From Octopus vulgaris (taxonomy: Eukaryota), in contig OX597814.1 in the NCBI GenBank assembly GCA_951406725.2, positions 76,198,001 through 76,262,000 of the forward strand: a stretch of 64,000 nt of DNA, written 5' to 3'. Of the stretch, positions 13,092 to 26,048 are shown one piece after another. Each line of letters opens with the position of its first letter. Within the stretch, counting starts at the first letter, position 1. The position numbers and the translations under genes are program-made. The notes under the pieces are model-generated. The model saw only the letters and a program-made list of their open reading frames with translations, made no database searches and was not told the origin of the DNA.

Positions 13092-16000
13092 TACTGAAGG
13101 AAGCTTTTTCTTTACATTTAGAAAAAAAATAACCAAACTGATTTTTAAAAAAAACATGCAATTCCTTAAACTAGAGAGGGAATGCCTGTTTTTAATGGAT
13201 AGTTAATTGCACATTTTTGAAAACTCAGAAGATATCAAAATCCTAGACCTCTTTAGCAGAATATATAATTTAATGCAAATTATTTACACAATAAGGACAA
13301 AGAAAAGCAAGGCACTATTTACATGCAGATTAAAACAAATATTTTAGATCTAAATCAGTAAGATAGACCTGCAAGAAATATTTAGATAACATTCAATTGT
13401 GTGTAACAATTACACTTAGGTGCTTTTTAAGTAAAATGTTGACCACTTAAATCAGTGTTTCTCAACCAGTCTCTGGACGCCATAGTGATTCAATGCTTAA
13501 ATAAAATCCTGTATTTTCATAATTGAATATATTACAAATTGTATTTAAAAAATAGTTTTAATGTTTTGTGTATTGTAGAAGTTATAACCAATTTTATTGC
13601 ACATAAATTTAAGCAAAATCTTATATGGAGTCCAGTTGAGAACCACGAATTTAAATAGATAAGCTGAAAATGAAGATCCAACAAAATTGTTAGTAAGCAG
13701 AGTATAAGAAAATTTTTCACTTTGTAACTGCAGATATATACAATTACAATCATTTTACCTTCATGAATACTTTTAATACTGATATTTCTAATGAGTGAAG
13801 AAACTGAATTCATCTAAATATTAAAAATTAGTTTTAAATCATGACAAATTTGAATACATGGTCTAAATGTTGGGGTGAAGAAAAATTATCCTACAGTTAA
13901 TAAGTGCTTTTAATTGGGATTTACTGTTTATTCATACATTAGCAAAACCCAGAAAGATAGAGGGGGAAAAAAAAAAAAGAAAGAAAACTAGGACCATTCT
14001 CAGCAGTTGCACATTTGCAAATTTTAGATTTTAAGAAACCAAAATTCAGCCTTTGCACAAGGTTAATTAGCCTTTAGCATTCAGATTACTTTGTCAAATG
14101 CAATGCTTGTTTATTCACATTGTTTTGAATTGATAATGCACTACCTCATAGCTTTGCAATTTTGATGTGATTATTTTTAAAATGAAGTTGTAAAGTATGT
14201 GTGAAAGGCCAGATCTAGCTGGTTTGAAGATAAAAGAGGTAGAATATTTTGGCTAGATACAACTGGTTTAAATGCTAATGGGTTAGTACAAAAAACAAAG
14301 CTGAGCAGCAGAATAAAAGAAAATTAAGAGCACAGGTAAATCATAAATTACACAAAAAAATGTATCTTGATTAGAAAGGCAAAGAATATTGGTTTTGACA
14401 CTGCACAAGAAAATGCATGTGATAATATGAAAGCTGTTGACAAGTACTTTTGATTACTCCTTTCATCACTAATTTGCTATATAACATAATTACCTACATA
14501 TATTTAAATTTTGTTAGTGGAAGTGACTTTATACAACATTTCCATGACAAATTTATGGTCTCTAAATTTCAAGGGATATTTTCCCATATTTTAGTCTTTT
14601 TAGAAATGAAGCAAAAGATCCCAGCAATTACAAATCAGAAGAATAACAATGAAAAATTTTAACAAGCATAAATGCTTCATTTCATTTTCCAATTATCTTT
14701 TTCTGAATTTTTCAGTAGAAACCAAGCCCAGACTTTCTGATGCTTTTGAAGTATATGCAGCCTAAGACAGACTTCTTATTAGGAGATTATGTCCTATAAC
14801 ACACCTTGATGAGATTCAAGTATTTGTTTTTTAATATACATAATAGACATTTGGAAGGTGCTCAGGAGAACAAACTTATTGGAGCACAGATGACTCGTAC
14901 AACAAATCCTCATATTTTCAGTATTATGGATTAGACCATGGATTTTAAATTATTGGCATGAACACCAGCAGTACATCTTGACCTCTCTTAGATGCTCTAT
15001 CACTAACCAAGAAAAAACTGTCCATTTATGAAAGGACAGTGGGATAGAAAAATTAGGTATACTTCCAGCCACACACACTAAGAGCAAACTTACAATATGG
15101 GGTATCAAAGAATGAAAGATTTAGTTCAACTTGTCCTAATCTAAATTTTTAAAAATCTGTTTTAGTTAGAAACCTGTCAAATTTTTCAAACTAAAACAGC
15201 CTATAGAAGATTTTAAAATCTACTTGCATAGAAACCAAAACCTCCACTCTTTGCAAAACTTTGTACATTGATAAATATACACATAACACTGAATCTTTCA
15301 GGTTGTCTACACAGCATTTATTTCGTGATCTTGACATCTAAAATATAAGCTTTAATCATTAGAAACCCAAACAGAAATTATTAAAAACCCTTTTGTTACC
15401 AAAATGCAGGTGCCAAGTTTAATATTAATGCATTAAAAATAAATGGAGCATTACCAAGCTTAGAAAGCAAAAAACTATGTTAAAACTGCTAACATAATGG
15501 TTACTGACTATGATGTGCAGGAACTGAACTTATTTCAATAAAACTTTTGTTTTTAATATACAATTGAAATATTAAGCCAGAGAGCTCATATACTTCAATT
15601 TGGCAAGTTCTAAATGTTCAGATGTCACTTTTACTAACAGCATATATTTTAAAATTTGGCAAAATTTTACTCATCCAAACATTTAGCTTTTACTTTGGTT
15701 TAACTATACAGAGCAGCATGTCATTTCATATACCAAATTATTGGACTGAACAATTACACTGGATAAAAATTCTAAATTGTGAAATGACTTTTGCAGTTTT
15801 AATCCAAAAAACTAAATAAGGGTTAGTAATAGTAAAATCAAGACTATACAAGAATACCGTAGCACATCAAGTTAAAGCTTATATGGTAACAATAGAGTTT
15901 AAAATAATGGGTCTATTGTACTTCACATTGATAAGCAATTCCAAAAGTATTTCCATATGGAACATTCAAGTGGAGTTGTCATGCGAATTTAAGGAAAACA

Positions 16001-19000
16001 AAACTTACGGGGAGAAAATGATCTGGAACGGGACCTAGAGTAACGACTTCCACTGCGTCGATAGTAAGGAGATGGAGAACGTTTACCTCTGCCTTCTCTG
16101 AAACATTAAATTGGAACCAAGTGAAGCAACATAAAAACAAACTTGTAAAACTAATGCTGAAAAATCAAGCAAAACAATGTATTAAAGGTTTAGGTGTAAG
16201 AAGATACTTACGAAGTTGGTTTCCCTAAGTAAATACCAGGTGTTGGAGTATGAGCTCTTTCTGTAATGGAATAGTCAACTCTAATTCTTCGACCATCAAC
16301 TTCTATTCCGTTGCACCTATCTTTCGCCTGAAATAAAATACAAAAAAAAACCTAAGTATGAGCCTATATACATGTATAGGAGCTTTTAACAATTAACATA
16401 GATACACCTAAAGTATAAACAGAAACTAAATGCATTTAAACATGCTAGAAGTAAACAGTCTCCATAACCATCCTCAACTGAAAAATTCATTGTAGATATG
16501 AGAATCATCACATGATCAGGTCGCATATCAGTCAAAAATGTATAAATGAAGGTTGTCATATGAAAGTTATATAAAATTACAGCAATATAGACAATACCAA
16601 ATGAAATTTTTAGAATAAACTGCTAACTGGTTTTGATTATAGAGTTCATGAATTATGACTTACCTCCATGGCATTGTGTGTGGCTCTAAAATACACAAAG
16701 GCAAAGCCTCGTGATCTGCCAGACTACAAAAAAAATGAATACATAATATTCTTAAAATTATTTCAGACATCATTCATTGCGCACACAAAATTTCTAGCTT
16801 AAAGGTTTCGTTTTAAAAATTTGAATTTAAGCATGATAGTGAACACTATAATGCCAAGTCCTACTACCAACTAAAAATATTTTCTATTGATAAAGGTTTG
16901 ACATGCCTTTATCCACATCAGGTAAGCCCACAAGGGTGGTAAGATATTGCTGGGGTTTTAATGTTTATCTAGTGCAAGTAAGTTCAATGAAAGTTACACC
17001 AGATATAGCAGGCCAGACATTAACCCTTTCGTTACTATATTTCTGACCAAAATATACTCCTCATGAGTTTCAATTAAATTCTAAAATAATCATGAATTTA
17101 GGCTTGTTTCATTAAATAACTGTAACTTTTTTACTTAACATTTTGATAAAGCAGAATTGTGCACATCACTAGATCATCAGTTGAATTTAATGCACAACAG
17201 AACAGGTGTACCATAAAGGTGGAATGAACTGAAATATTGGAATCCACCTAAATCCACAGCAAGTTTGACCGAACTAAAGAAATCGGTCAAAAAATAATAT
17301 ACGGCCCTGGTTATGGTAGTGATAAATTCCAGACCACATCGTTCCCTAGGTCATTATTTTCCCTGTATAAAAACTAGATCCACAGCAGTACCCAGTATTT
17401 TGCTTCACAAATTTTCCAAACTTTGATTCCCCATTTCGTGTTTTTTTACATTCTGCGAAATAGTTTGTTTCCGAAGTGATCGCTTCAAACAAGCATACTG
17501 AAAGAAAAGTCTAATGGTTTCGCTTCCTAAGAAAGACTATAGATAAACTATCCATCTTCTCAGAAAAATTGCTAATAAAAATATTTTTTTAATTTTTATT
17601 TCATTCCGATGTAAAATCGTCTTTGCTGTCGCTATCACCGCTTTGTTTCTTTGGAATCGCTGCTTTTAGAAAAAGAAATATCCTATTCATTATTGTACAC
17701 CACGTACTTTTGTACCTCATTCATTCTTTTTCTCGATATCTCCCTATTTTCCATTGAAAAAGCTTTAAATTTGGAATCAATGCTTGATGACATGAAACTC
17801 CTATCTATTTTCAAAGTTGAAGAAAAATCGATGCCGAAAAAAATCTCCCAAAATTCACTGAGTTGAGATATCACGTCAAGCAATGTCGGATACTATAACC
17901 CAACTATTTACAAAGTGAAATCACGTGTTTTAATGAATGTACCAACGAGATCTGAGTTCAAATTTACATTTAAATAACAATAGGTTCTCTCAGCCAGCTT
18001 GGTATTATGAACCAAAAATTTTTTCGGCCGGGTTAGTAACGAAAGGGTTAAGGGGCACTATAATACAAATTTTTTTTTCTAACAATATACCAAATTGTGA
18101 AGGGCTAAAAATCAATGTGACCATCTAGTCCCAAGCAGATACAATACAGTTGAGAGCAAGGATACCCATCTCATTTTAGCAGTTATAACAACAACAATAC
18201 TCAAAAGCCACCAATTTTAAGTAGAAGGGCTTGTACTGACCACAGTACCTGACTGGCACTTTATTTTATCAACACCAAAGGATTGAAAGGCCAAGTGTCA
18301 GAGAAAATACTGTTAGGGATATTTTCCAACACTAATGATTTTACTAAGTCACTTGTATAATAGTTTCTAATTCAGGCACAAGGTCTGCAATTTTCGAGTG
18401 GAAGGTGTTAATTACAAATAGTCACAAATGATCCCCAAGAGATTTGAACTGAGAATGTAAAAGAACAAATTAAAGCATTTCCCCAATAATACTAACAATT
18501 CTGTTAAATAATAATAATCAAAAAGTGTCAAGAATTTTGTATATCAGTGAATTGAAACAACAATCTAACATGTTTAGCAAGATTACATAATGTAGAGGGG
18601 AAAGCTTTACAAAATTCTTTTTTAAATTCCTTCTGAAATGAATTATTTTCATCTACCGATACATCTGAACTAGTGTCTTCACCTAAATTGTTAGTGTTTC
18701 AGCTACGTATGCAGTCATATTTGCACCTTCAAGCTTTCTAGTACCTTTTATATTCAACATTGTTCTCAGAATTTTAAGCTGAAACTTTCATCATTTTAGA
18801 ATTTACTTTATACAAACTGGAAATGTATTTTAAGCTAGAAATATACAAACAAAAAACTTAAATATGAACCCAATTGCAAAGAACTATTGTTTTTTACAAT
18901 TTACAATAAAAAACATACTAGGGAAGGTAAAAAATTATCTGCACTTTTGCCAAAACTCTTAGGTCAGCCACAATACCTTCCGTACCTACAAAATAAAAAG

Positions 19001-21993
19001 GTGGTTATCTAACCAAGATTTGACTGCAATTGCTTTGTTTTCTTACTTGTATTGCAGAGTGGACAATCTGCTGAGAGTGTGCACCAAGGAAGAACAGAGA
19101 TCAGTGATCCGATTTCCTCTAGTCTGAAGATGTTTACATATGCTGAAATTCATCACAGGCTTTCAATACAATATGAGAACAGAGCTCTAATATGCAGAAG
19201 TGTGTAAGAGTGAATTAGGAAATTTTGAAATGACTGGACAAGTGGTGCAACCAGCTGAAAAACTTTTCCAGTGGAATAAACAAGCATCAAAAAGCAAGGA
19301 GCCTATGTAGAAAAATTATGTAACTGTTTAACCCGTTTTTGTTCAAATTAATTACAGAAACAAGAGTGTGTATAATTTTTGATTTAACCACATTTTCCTA
19401 TCATAAACTGGAGAAGAGAAAAATATAAAATATTACCTGTCTGTCATAGACAACCTGAACATCTTCGACTGGACCATATCGAGTAAAAACCTCTCTGAGA
19501 TCTCTTTCTTGTGTATACAAACTGAGACCAAAAACACCGAGACACCGTGAAGGCTCAGGGTTGTCCTGAAAGGAAAAATAGTGAAGAAACTAAACTGCCC
19601 ATGAAAATATTTGAGGTATGTTCTCAACTATGAAAAACATTGTAAACCACTTGTTAAAATGGAAATATCATCCAATGAGCCATACTGCATGAAGATGTAT
19701 AAAATGGTGTAAGTATACAATAAAGATTACTTACATAATATGGCTTTACACTTGAGTAGAACAACAATTGTGGTTATATTAATTAGTTGTAGTTCTTGAT
19801 ACAAATTTTGTTAACTACCAAACCAAATTTTTTTTTATATAAAAAAGACTTTTTTCCAATAGCCAAATCATGAATGAATTTATCATTCAAATATCCTAAT
19901 GCTGAAGAGACTAAGCCCTTTTTAAAATATTCCGTAAAAATTCTTACGACTGAAATCAACCATAAGTGTACCAGTCACACACACAAACACACAATTAAAA
20001 AAAAAAAGTTGCTAATGCCATAAGATGTAGTTAGTGTAACAGTTTACCTCAATGCATTACTACTTAAAACATTAAGAGCACATCAGTGGATTGCACTTGA
20101 TGCATACTCACGAATCAGGATCAATGCTTCAAAGAGCATAGGCCCTATAATTCTTTGAAATTCTAAAGCCATGGATATTTGTAAGTGTTCCAAGAAGGAT
20201 CCCCCATAACCTTGTTTTCTTCAATTTCACTTCCATACTCTGAAGTATGTTGACACCATTTTTCATTATTCACAAGTTGTTTTGAAAATATTGTTCCAAT
20301 AAACTGGAAGTGAAACCAATCATATTCTTCTAAAATCTTCACTATATTCTCAGTTCCAATTATTTTCGCTAATCATGTCCGCTTCAGCCATATTTGATGC
20401 ACACATGAAAAAAAACGGTCATATTTATTAAAATTTGTGTTGTGACAAAATTTTATGGGTACTAAGTTAGGGTTTACTCTTTTAGCATACTTAACTGAGT
20501 AGTTAAGATAGCTAATGGTGAGTCACTAATTATCATTTAAAAGCCAAACAACATAAATAACAAAGAAATAAGAATTTTCCTAAAATCCAGTATCATTGAT
20601 GTTAAGACAAAGTAAACAAATACACCTAATCATAGTTTTTTTTTTGTTTTCTTTTTTTTACATAATCCAGAATATTTAGTGCTGTGTACATATTCAACAA
20701 TCAAAGCCAAATACATTGAAACTGAATTCAAAAGTATGATTGCAGCATTGTTTGCACTAATATACATGAGGATCTTATATTTAAGATGTGTGGCATCTTA
20801 AAACTAAGATGACATAAAAGGTAAGTTCACATATCTCTAAGGAAGTAAACTTAGATTTTTTTTTTTTTAATTCTACACAGGTTAAAATGAAAACCAACAG
20901 CTCACAGCAGCTGCTAAACTGAAAATAAGATTAGTCCTGCTGGAATATCCTACCAAGGATATCTTGTTAGGTTTTTTTTTTTTTTTTTTTTTTTTAAAGG
21001 AATGGGAGAAAAGGAAAAGTAAAAATAAAAAAATCATGTACCTCACTTACTCGGCTCCCACCAAGCCTGCGACGACTAGACATTGGAGATCTGCAATGGG
21101 TGCGATAATAACCACGTCTTCTGTCATTGTATCCATCTCTGTAATAGTAGGGGGAGTAGCGTCCACGACTGTAAGAACGACTGCAAGGAGCAAGGAGCAA
21201 AAGGTACATACATATCGAGATCTACTTAAAGACACAAATCAATTGAATCTATCTAACATGTTTGATTTGTGTTTAATTAAAACAATAACAATATATCTTT
21301 AAAAATTACACAAAATTAAAACTAGCTTTGCCTACTCTGGGGTGGGTGGGAGGGTTAAAACAAAGTAGCTTACCTCCTGCTTCTTGAGCTGTAAGAAATA
21401 AAGTATTCAGGTCATTATTATTAAGTAAAAACCAAATTTCTTTTAAATATAAATTATCAACTGACAACAAAATAAGATTAATTAAAATACTTACTATCTA
21501 CGTCTCTGTGAGTAAGGAGTTCGTGACCGAGAACGAGAACAGTACCGTCTGCTTCGACTTCTTGATCTATTACAAAAAGTTGATAATTGTAAATTTCAAC
21601 TTTATTACCAACCTATCTGACATAAACTACTCATATTTAAATGAAAATATCAACAGATTTCATTACTGCATTAGTGATAACAATTTCACAAGATTAACAT
21701 ACAAGTAAAAATGCTGTCATCCATAAATACAGGCTTGTCCTTTACAGGTGCTGGCGCCACGTAAAATGCACTCATGCTGGTGCCATGTAATAAGCACCCT
21801 GCACACTGTAAAGTGATAGGCATCAGGAAAAGCATCCAGCCATAGAAACCATGCCACAACAGACAATTGGAGTCTAGACAGCTCCCTGACGGGCAGCCCC
21901 AGTCAAACCATCCAACCCATGCCAGCAAGGAAAACAGACAATCCATTTTTATCTAACCAAATTATACGTTTTGTCATGTTCAAAAGCTAGTTT

Positions 21994-22030
<37 letters not shown>

Positions 22031-25000
22031 ATATAGATAGATAGATAGGTTAATAAATAACTGATTCATGGAAACCATAAGTTTTTGATTCAGAATGCAA
22101 TTGAAACAGGTGGGGAAGGAGCATATGACAATCTATTTTTAGTGCAACAGTTCAAAAAGTAAAATTTGCCAAAAATTTAAGAGAAAATTTATTTGTTGAA
22201 TGTGATGATGCCATTTTACATATTACAGTAGAGAGTGAATGCTTTGGCCCAGTACTGGGAGTGGTCAATGAGTTATGTTAATTTGGAGACCTTTGGAAAT
22301 TGGATTGCACATGAAATTGAGAACAATTTACCAACTTGTGTTCAGAATTCCATTGTTATATTTATTCTTTATTGAAGTACAATTTTCAAGAATAACATAT
22401 GTTCTTTGATAATCATATAATTATACATAAACTTGGTTTAAGTATTTTTCAACCACCAGTATGTTTTTTGAATTTTCTACATTGATGCTGATGAAAACCA
22501 TTTTCAAGAAAATGTCAGCAATGGAGGCTCCGGATTGGCTAAAATCACACAACTTTATTAACTTCTAGAGAAAAAGTCCATTTTTGTCATCAGCGGTGTA
22601 GAAAAGTCTTCAAATTTTACTTTCAATTGGATTCCATTTTAAACTGGATCACTATATTTTAGAAATATAAAAAAATGCTAAATCATAGAACTAAGCAAGC
22701 ATTATTTGAAAAAACTAGCATATGGTAAGATTTACCTTGATCTGCTGTATGATCTCCTATGTCTATGCTTTGATCGAGATCTTGATCTAGATCTGGAACG
22801 AGATGGTGAACGTGACTGGGATCTTGATCGAGAACGAGATCGGGAGGCAGATCTCTGAGAACGAGCAGATTTTGGAGTTGGAGACCTTGAATAGGAGCGA
22901 GAGGCTTCCGACTTATGAGAACCAGATTGGTGAGATTTTTCAGATATTTTTGATTCTCTGGAGGCTGAACGGCTCCTCTGTAACAAAATAAGACAATAAA
23001 AAAAAGTGAGACAAGCAACAACATAAAACAGTGGCAAGAACCTCTCAGGAGAGCTGAACAGCAGGTCTTAGAGAAGAAACCCAACTAAGGTAAGTGTTTC
23101 GGCCCTTAACTTCTTATGTGCTAATACAACTACAAAAGGAAATCGAGACTCATTCTAACTTTAAACAGTTTCGATATTAAGTTTTGTTGACGCCAGAACT
23201 TAAAAACTTCCAAGACAATTTTATTGAAACAATGGATCTCGAAGTACATGAAGCTATGAATAATAGCATGTAAAGCTGAAAAACTAGGATTTTAAAAAAG
23301 AAATTGAAAAGTGCCCATGGGACTGACAGCCTTCTGCATTTTCCCGTCCAAAAGGGTTTTTGAACCAAATATCTGTTTACATTTTACTATTCATAGCTTA
23401 ATGTTTACAAGTACACCTTAATTTTTTCAGTGGATCCTTGTTTTCAATGACAGAGACCCTAAGTATGCCAAAATCCATGTTTTCAAAATTTTCAGTTCCT
23501 CCCTCTCCACCCAAAATTCTAAAATTTTAACTTTTTCCGAATATTTTTTTTTCAATCTACATGGAAAAGCATGGAGATTAGGAATATGGAAAAAAAGAAA
23601 ATTAATCTCAATGAGGAAACTCCAAAACTGATTCATACACCCCTTGTCACTCCATCCCGCTAACTAAAATTGAAAATGAACAGCTTGCAAATATGAAAGG
23701 CTACTAAATGTGAGAGAGCTGCCCTAATGTGAACGTGAGGGTCCAACCATTCTTCTGGGAAGCTGTTAAGAATATGAAGACTGAAAGTCCCTTGTCCATC
23801 AGGAATTATTTATAAGTGCATAAATATGTGGCGGGGGGGAATTTCGGAAAATTCACCGGAGTCCACTTCAATTCGTCTTAACTTTCAAGAAAATGGATGT
23901 TATTAATGAAATTCTATACAAATATGGACTTGTTCGGAAACACCCGCAAGTGGGGAACGGTTCTCAAAAATAACCCCCAAAATTCCAGTCCTCGGAATCT
24001 ACATAGTCCGAAGTATATTTGTAGATAATTTCATTAAAAAATATTCATTTTCTTGAAAGTTAAGACGAACTGAAGTGGACTACGATGAATTTTCTGAAAT
24101 TCGCAACCCTAAAACATTTTCCCCCAAAATTTTGTATATTTGGGAATCTACATGATATAAAACATATTCGTAGAAAATTCCATAAAGAAATATCCTTTTT
24201 TCTGAAAGTATGATCATCCAAAATCCGGGGGGGGGGCAGAAACCTGTTATGCCCAAGTAATATATCAAAATTTCATAAAACACGTTTGATATTTCATGGG
24301 GATCTTTGTATGTGGGTCAACGATTCACTCAATTTTTTTTTTTTATCCAAACATTCATACTCAGACAATAGAAGGGCGATGGATGTTCAAGAAGGTGATA
24401 TTGTGGAGTTACTCCTTTACTTGCTTCAGTCACTTAACTGCGGCTATGCTAAAGCACCGCCTTGAAGGACTTTAATCAAACGAAACGACCCCTTATTTTT
24501 GAAGCCTAGTACTTATTCTACTATTGCCTTTTTTTCCGAACTACTAGATTATGGGGATGTATACACCGGAACATTAGCCACTCCTTCGATATAACTCGAT
24601 AAAATCAGAACATTTCACTTCGGGTATTTCCGTGGTTTGTGGAGTATAGATATAACGAAATTATGCCAACAATGTCTCATTTAAAAAAAAAAAAGCCTTG
24701 AATATTTGTTCTTACCTGTTTCATTTGGTTATGTAAAATCTGAAAATTTCCAAGCAGAAAACAGAATCGAACTGTCATTTGCTTCCACGGAAATACTCGA
24801 AGTGAAATGTTTTGATTTTGTCGAGTTATATCGAAAGAATGCCCAACATTAGTCCAAGGGTTGGGTTCAAAATTCCACCAGAACACATGAAGGCTGGAGA
24901 GTACATCAGCCGAAACTTTGTGATAACAACAAACACGATGAGCATACTTATCTCTCCATTGCAAATAATGTACAGCAACAGCAGTTATAAGCAGTGACGA

Positions 25001-26006
25001 GGTGTCAAACAAAGATACACACTTAGACACATACATATATAGGCCGACATCGGAGTTAGGAAGCATTAACAAGTTGGAGTTTCTCCGTTTTGAGATTTTT
25101 CAGATTTCTTTTCACGGTGCCCTTGGAAATGATCTGGAGCATGTTTTACAAAAAAGCTCATCTTCCCTTCTCTGGAATGATTGTCGTCAATTTTGTGGGC
25201 ACCATGCACTTAAAATTCAGGCATGGCTAGATTTCGGACCCACCGACTTTGGATGATCATAACTTTAAAAAAAATGGATATTTTTTATTGAAATTTTCTA
25301 CGAATGTGTTATATCATGTAGATTCCGAATATATTTGCGAAAATGCAAAACTGACGTATACGACATGTAAAACATATTTCAGTGTATTTTCTCTGTTCAT
25401 TCGCACGCGTATACAAGCCGTTCATTTTCACTTATAGACAACGGGATGGGGTGGCGAGGGTGTATGAATCCATTTTGGAGTTTCCGCACAGAAAATTTGA
25501 AATTAATTTTCTTTTTTCCATATTCTTAATCTCCATATTTTCCCACTTAGATTGAAAAAAATAAAAAGTTAAAATTTTAAAATGTGGGGTGTGGAGAGGG
25601 GGATTGAAAATTTTGAAAACAAGGATTTTGGCATATTCAGAATCTCCGTCATCGACAAAATCGAAGGAAAAAAAAAGTCGATTTTTTTCGTGTCGGTGTA
25701 CTTGTAAACATGAATTTTGATGGTTATCCCCACCCAAACGAAATCGTCGTGATGACTACACAAACCGCAAATGCCACATATCCTCTATCATCAAATATTC
25801 AAATGACTTTCTTGACCAAGAAATTTACCGAATCAACTCTACATTGAAAATTTTGGTTAATGTTTACATCTTTTATTTCCAACATATTTACATAACGTAA
25901 ATTAATCATTCAAAGCCTCCTCTGCTGGTCATCCAGTTTTGATGTCTTATTTGACACGAAAGTAACTACGGTTAAGAGTATATTTATATTTAATTCTAAT
26001 TACGCT

Positions 26007-26048
<42 letters not shown>

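Noticed and set aside
20964-21302. 112-aa plus-strand ORF
   Set aside because: Antisense shadow of tra2 exon 5.
22683-23084. 133-aa ORF with LDQD repeats
   Set aside because: Alternate frame of the RS-coding tra2 exon 2.
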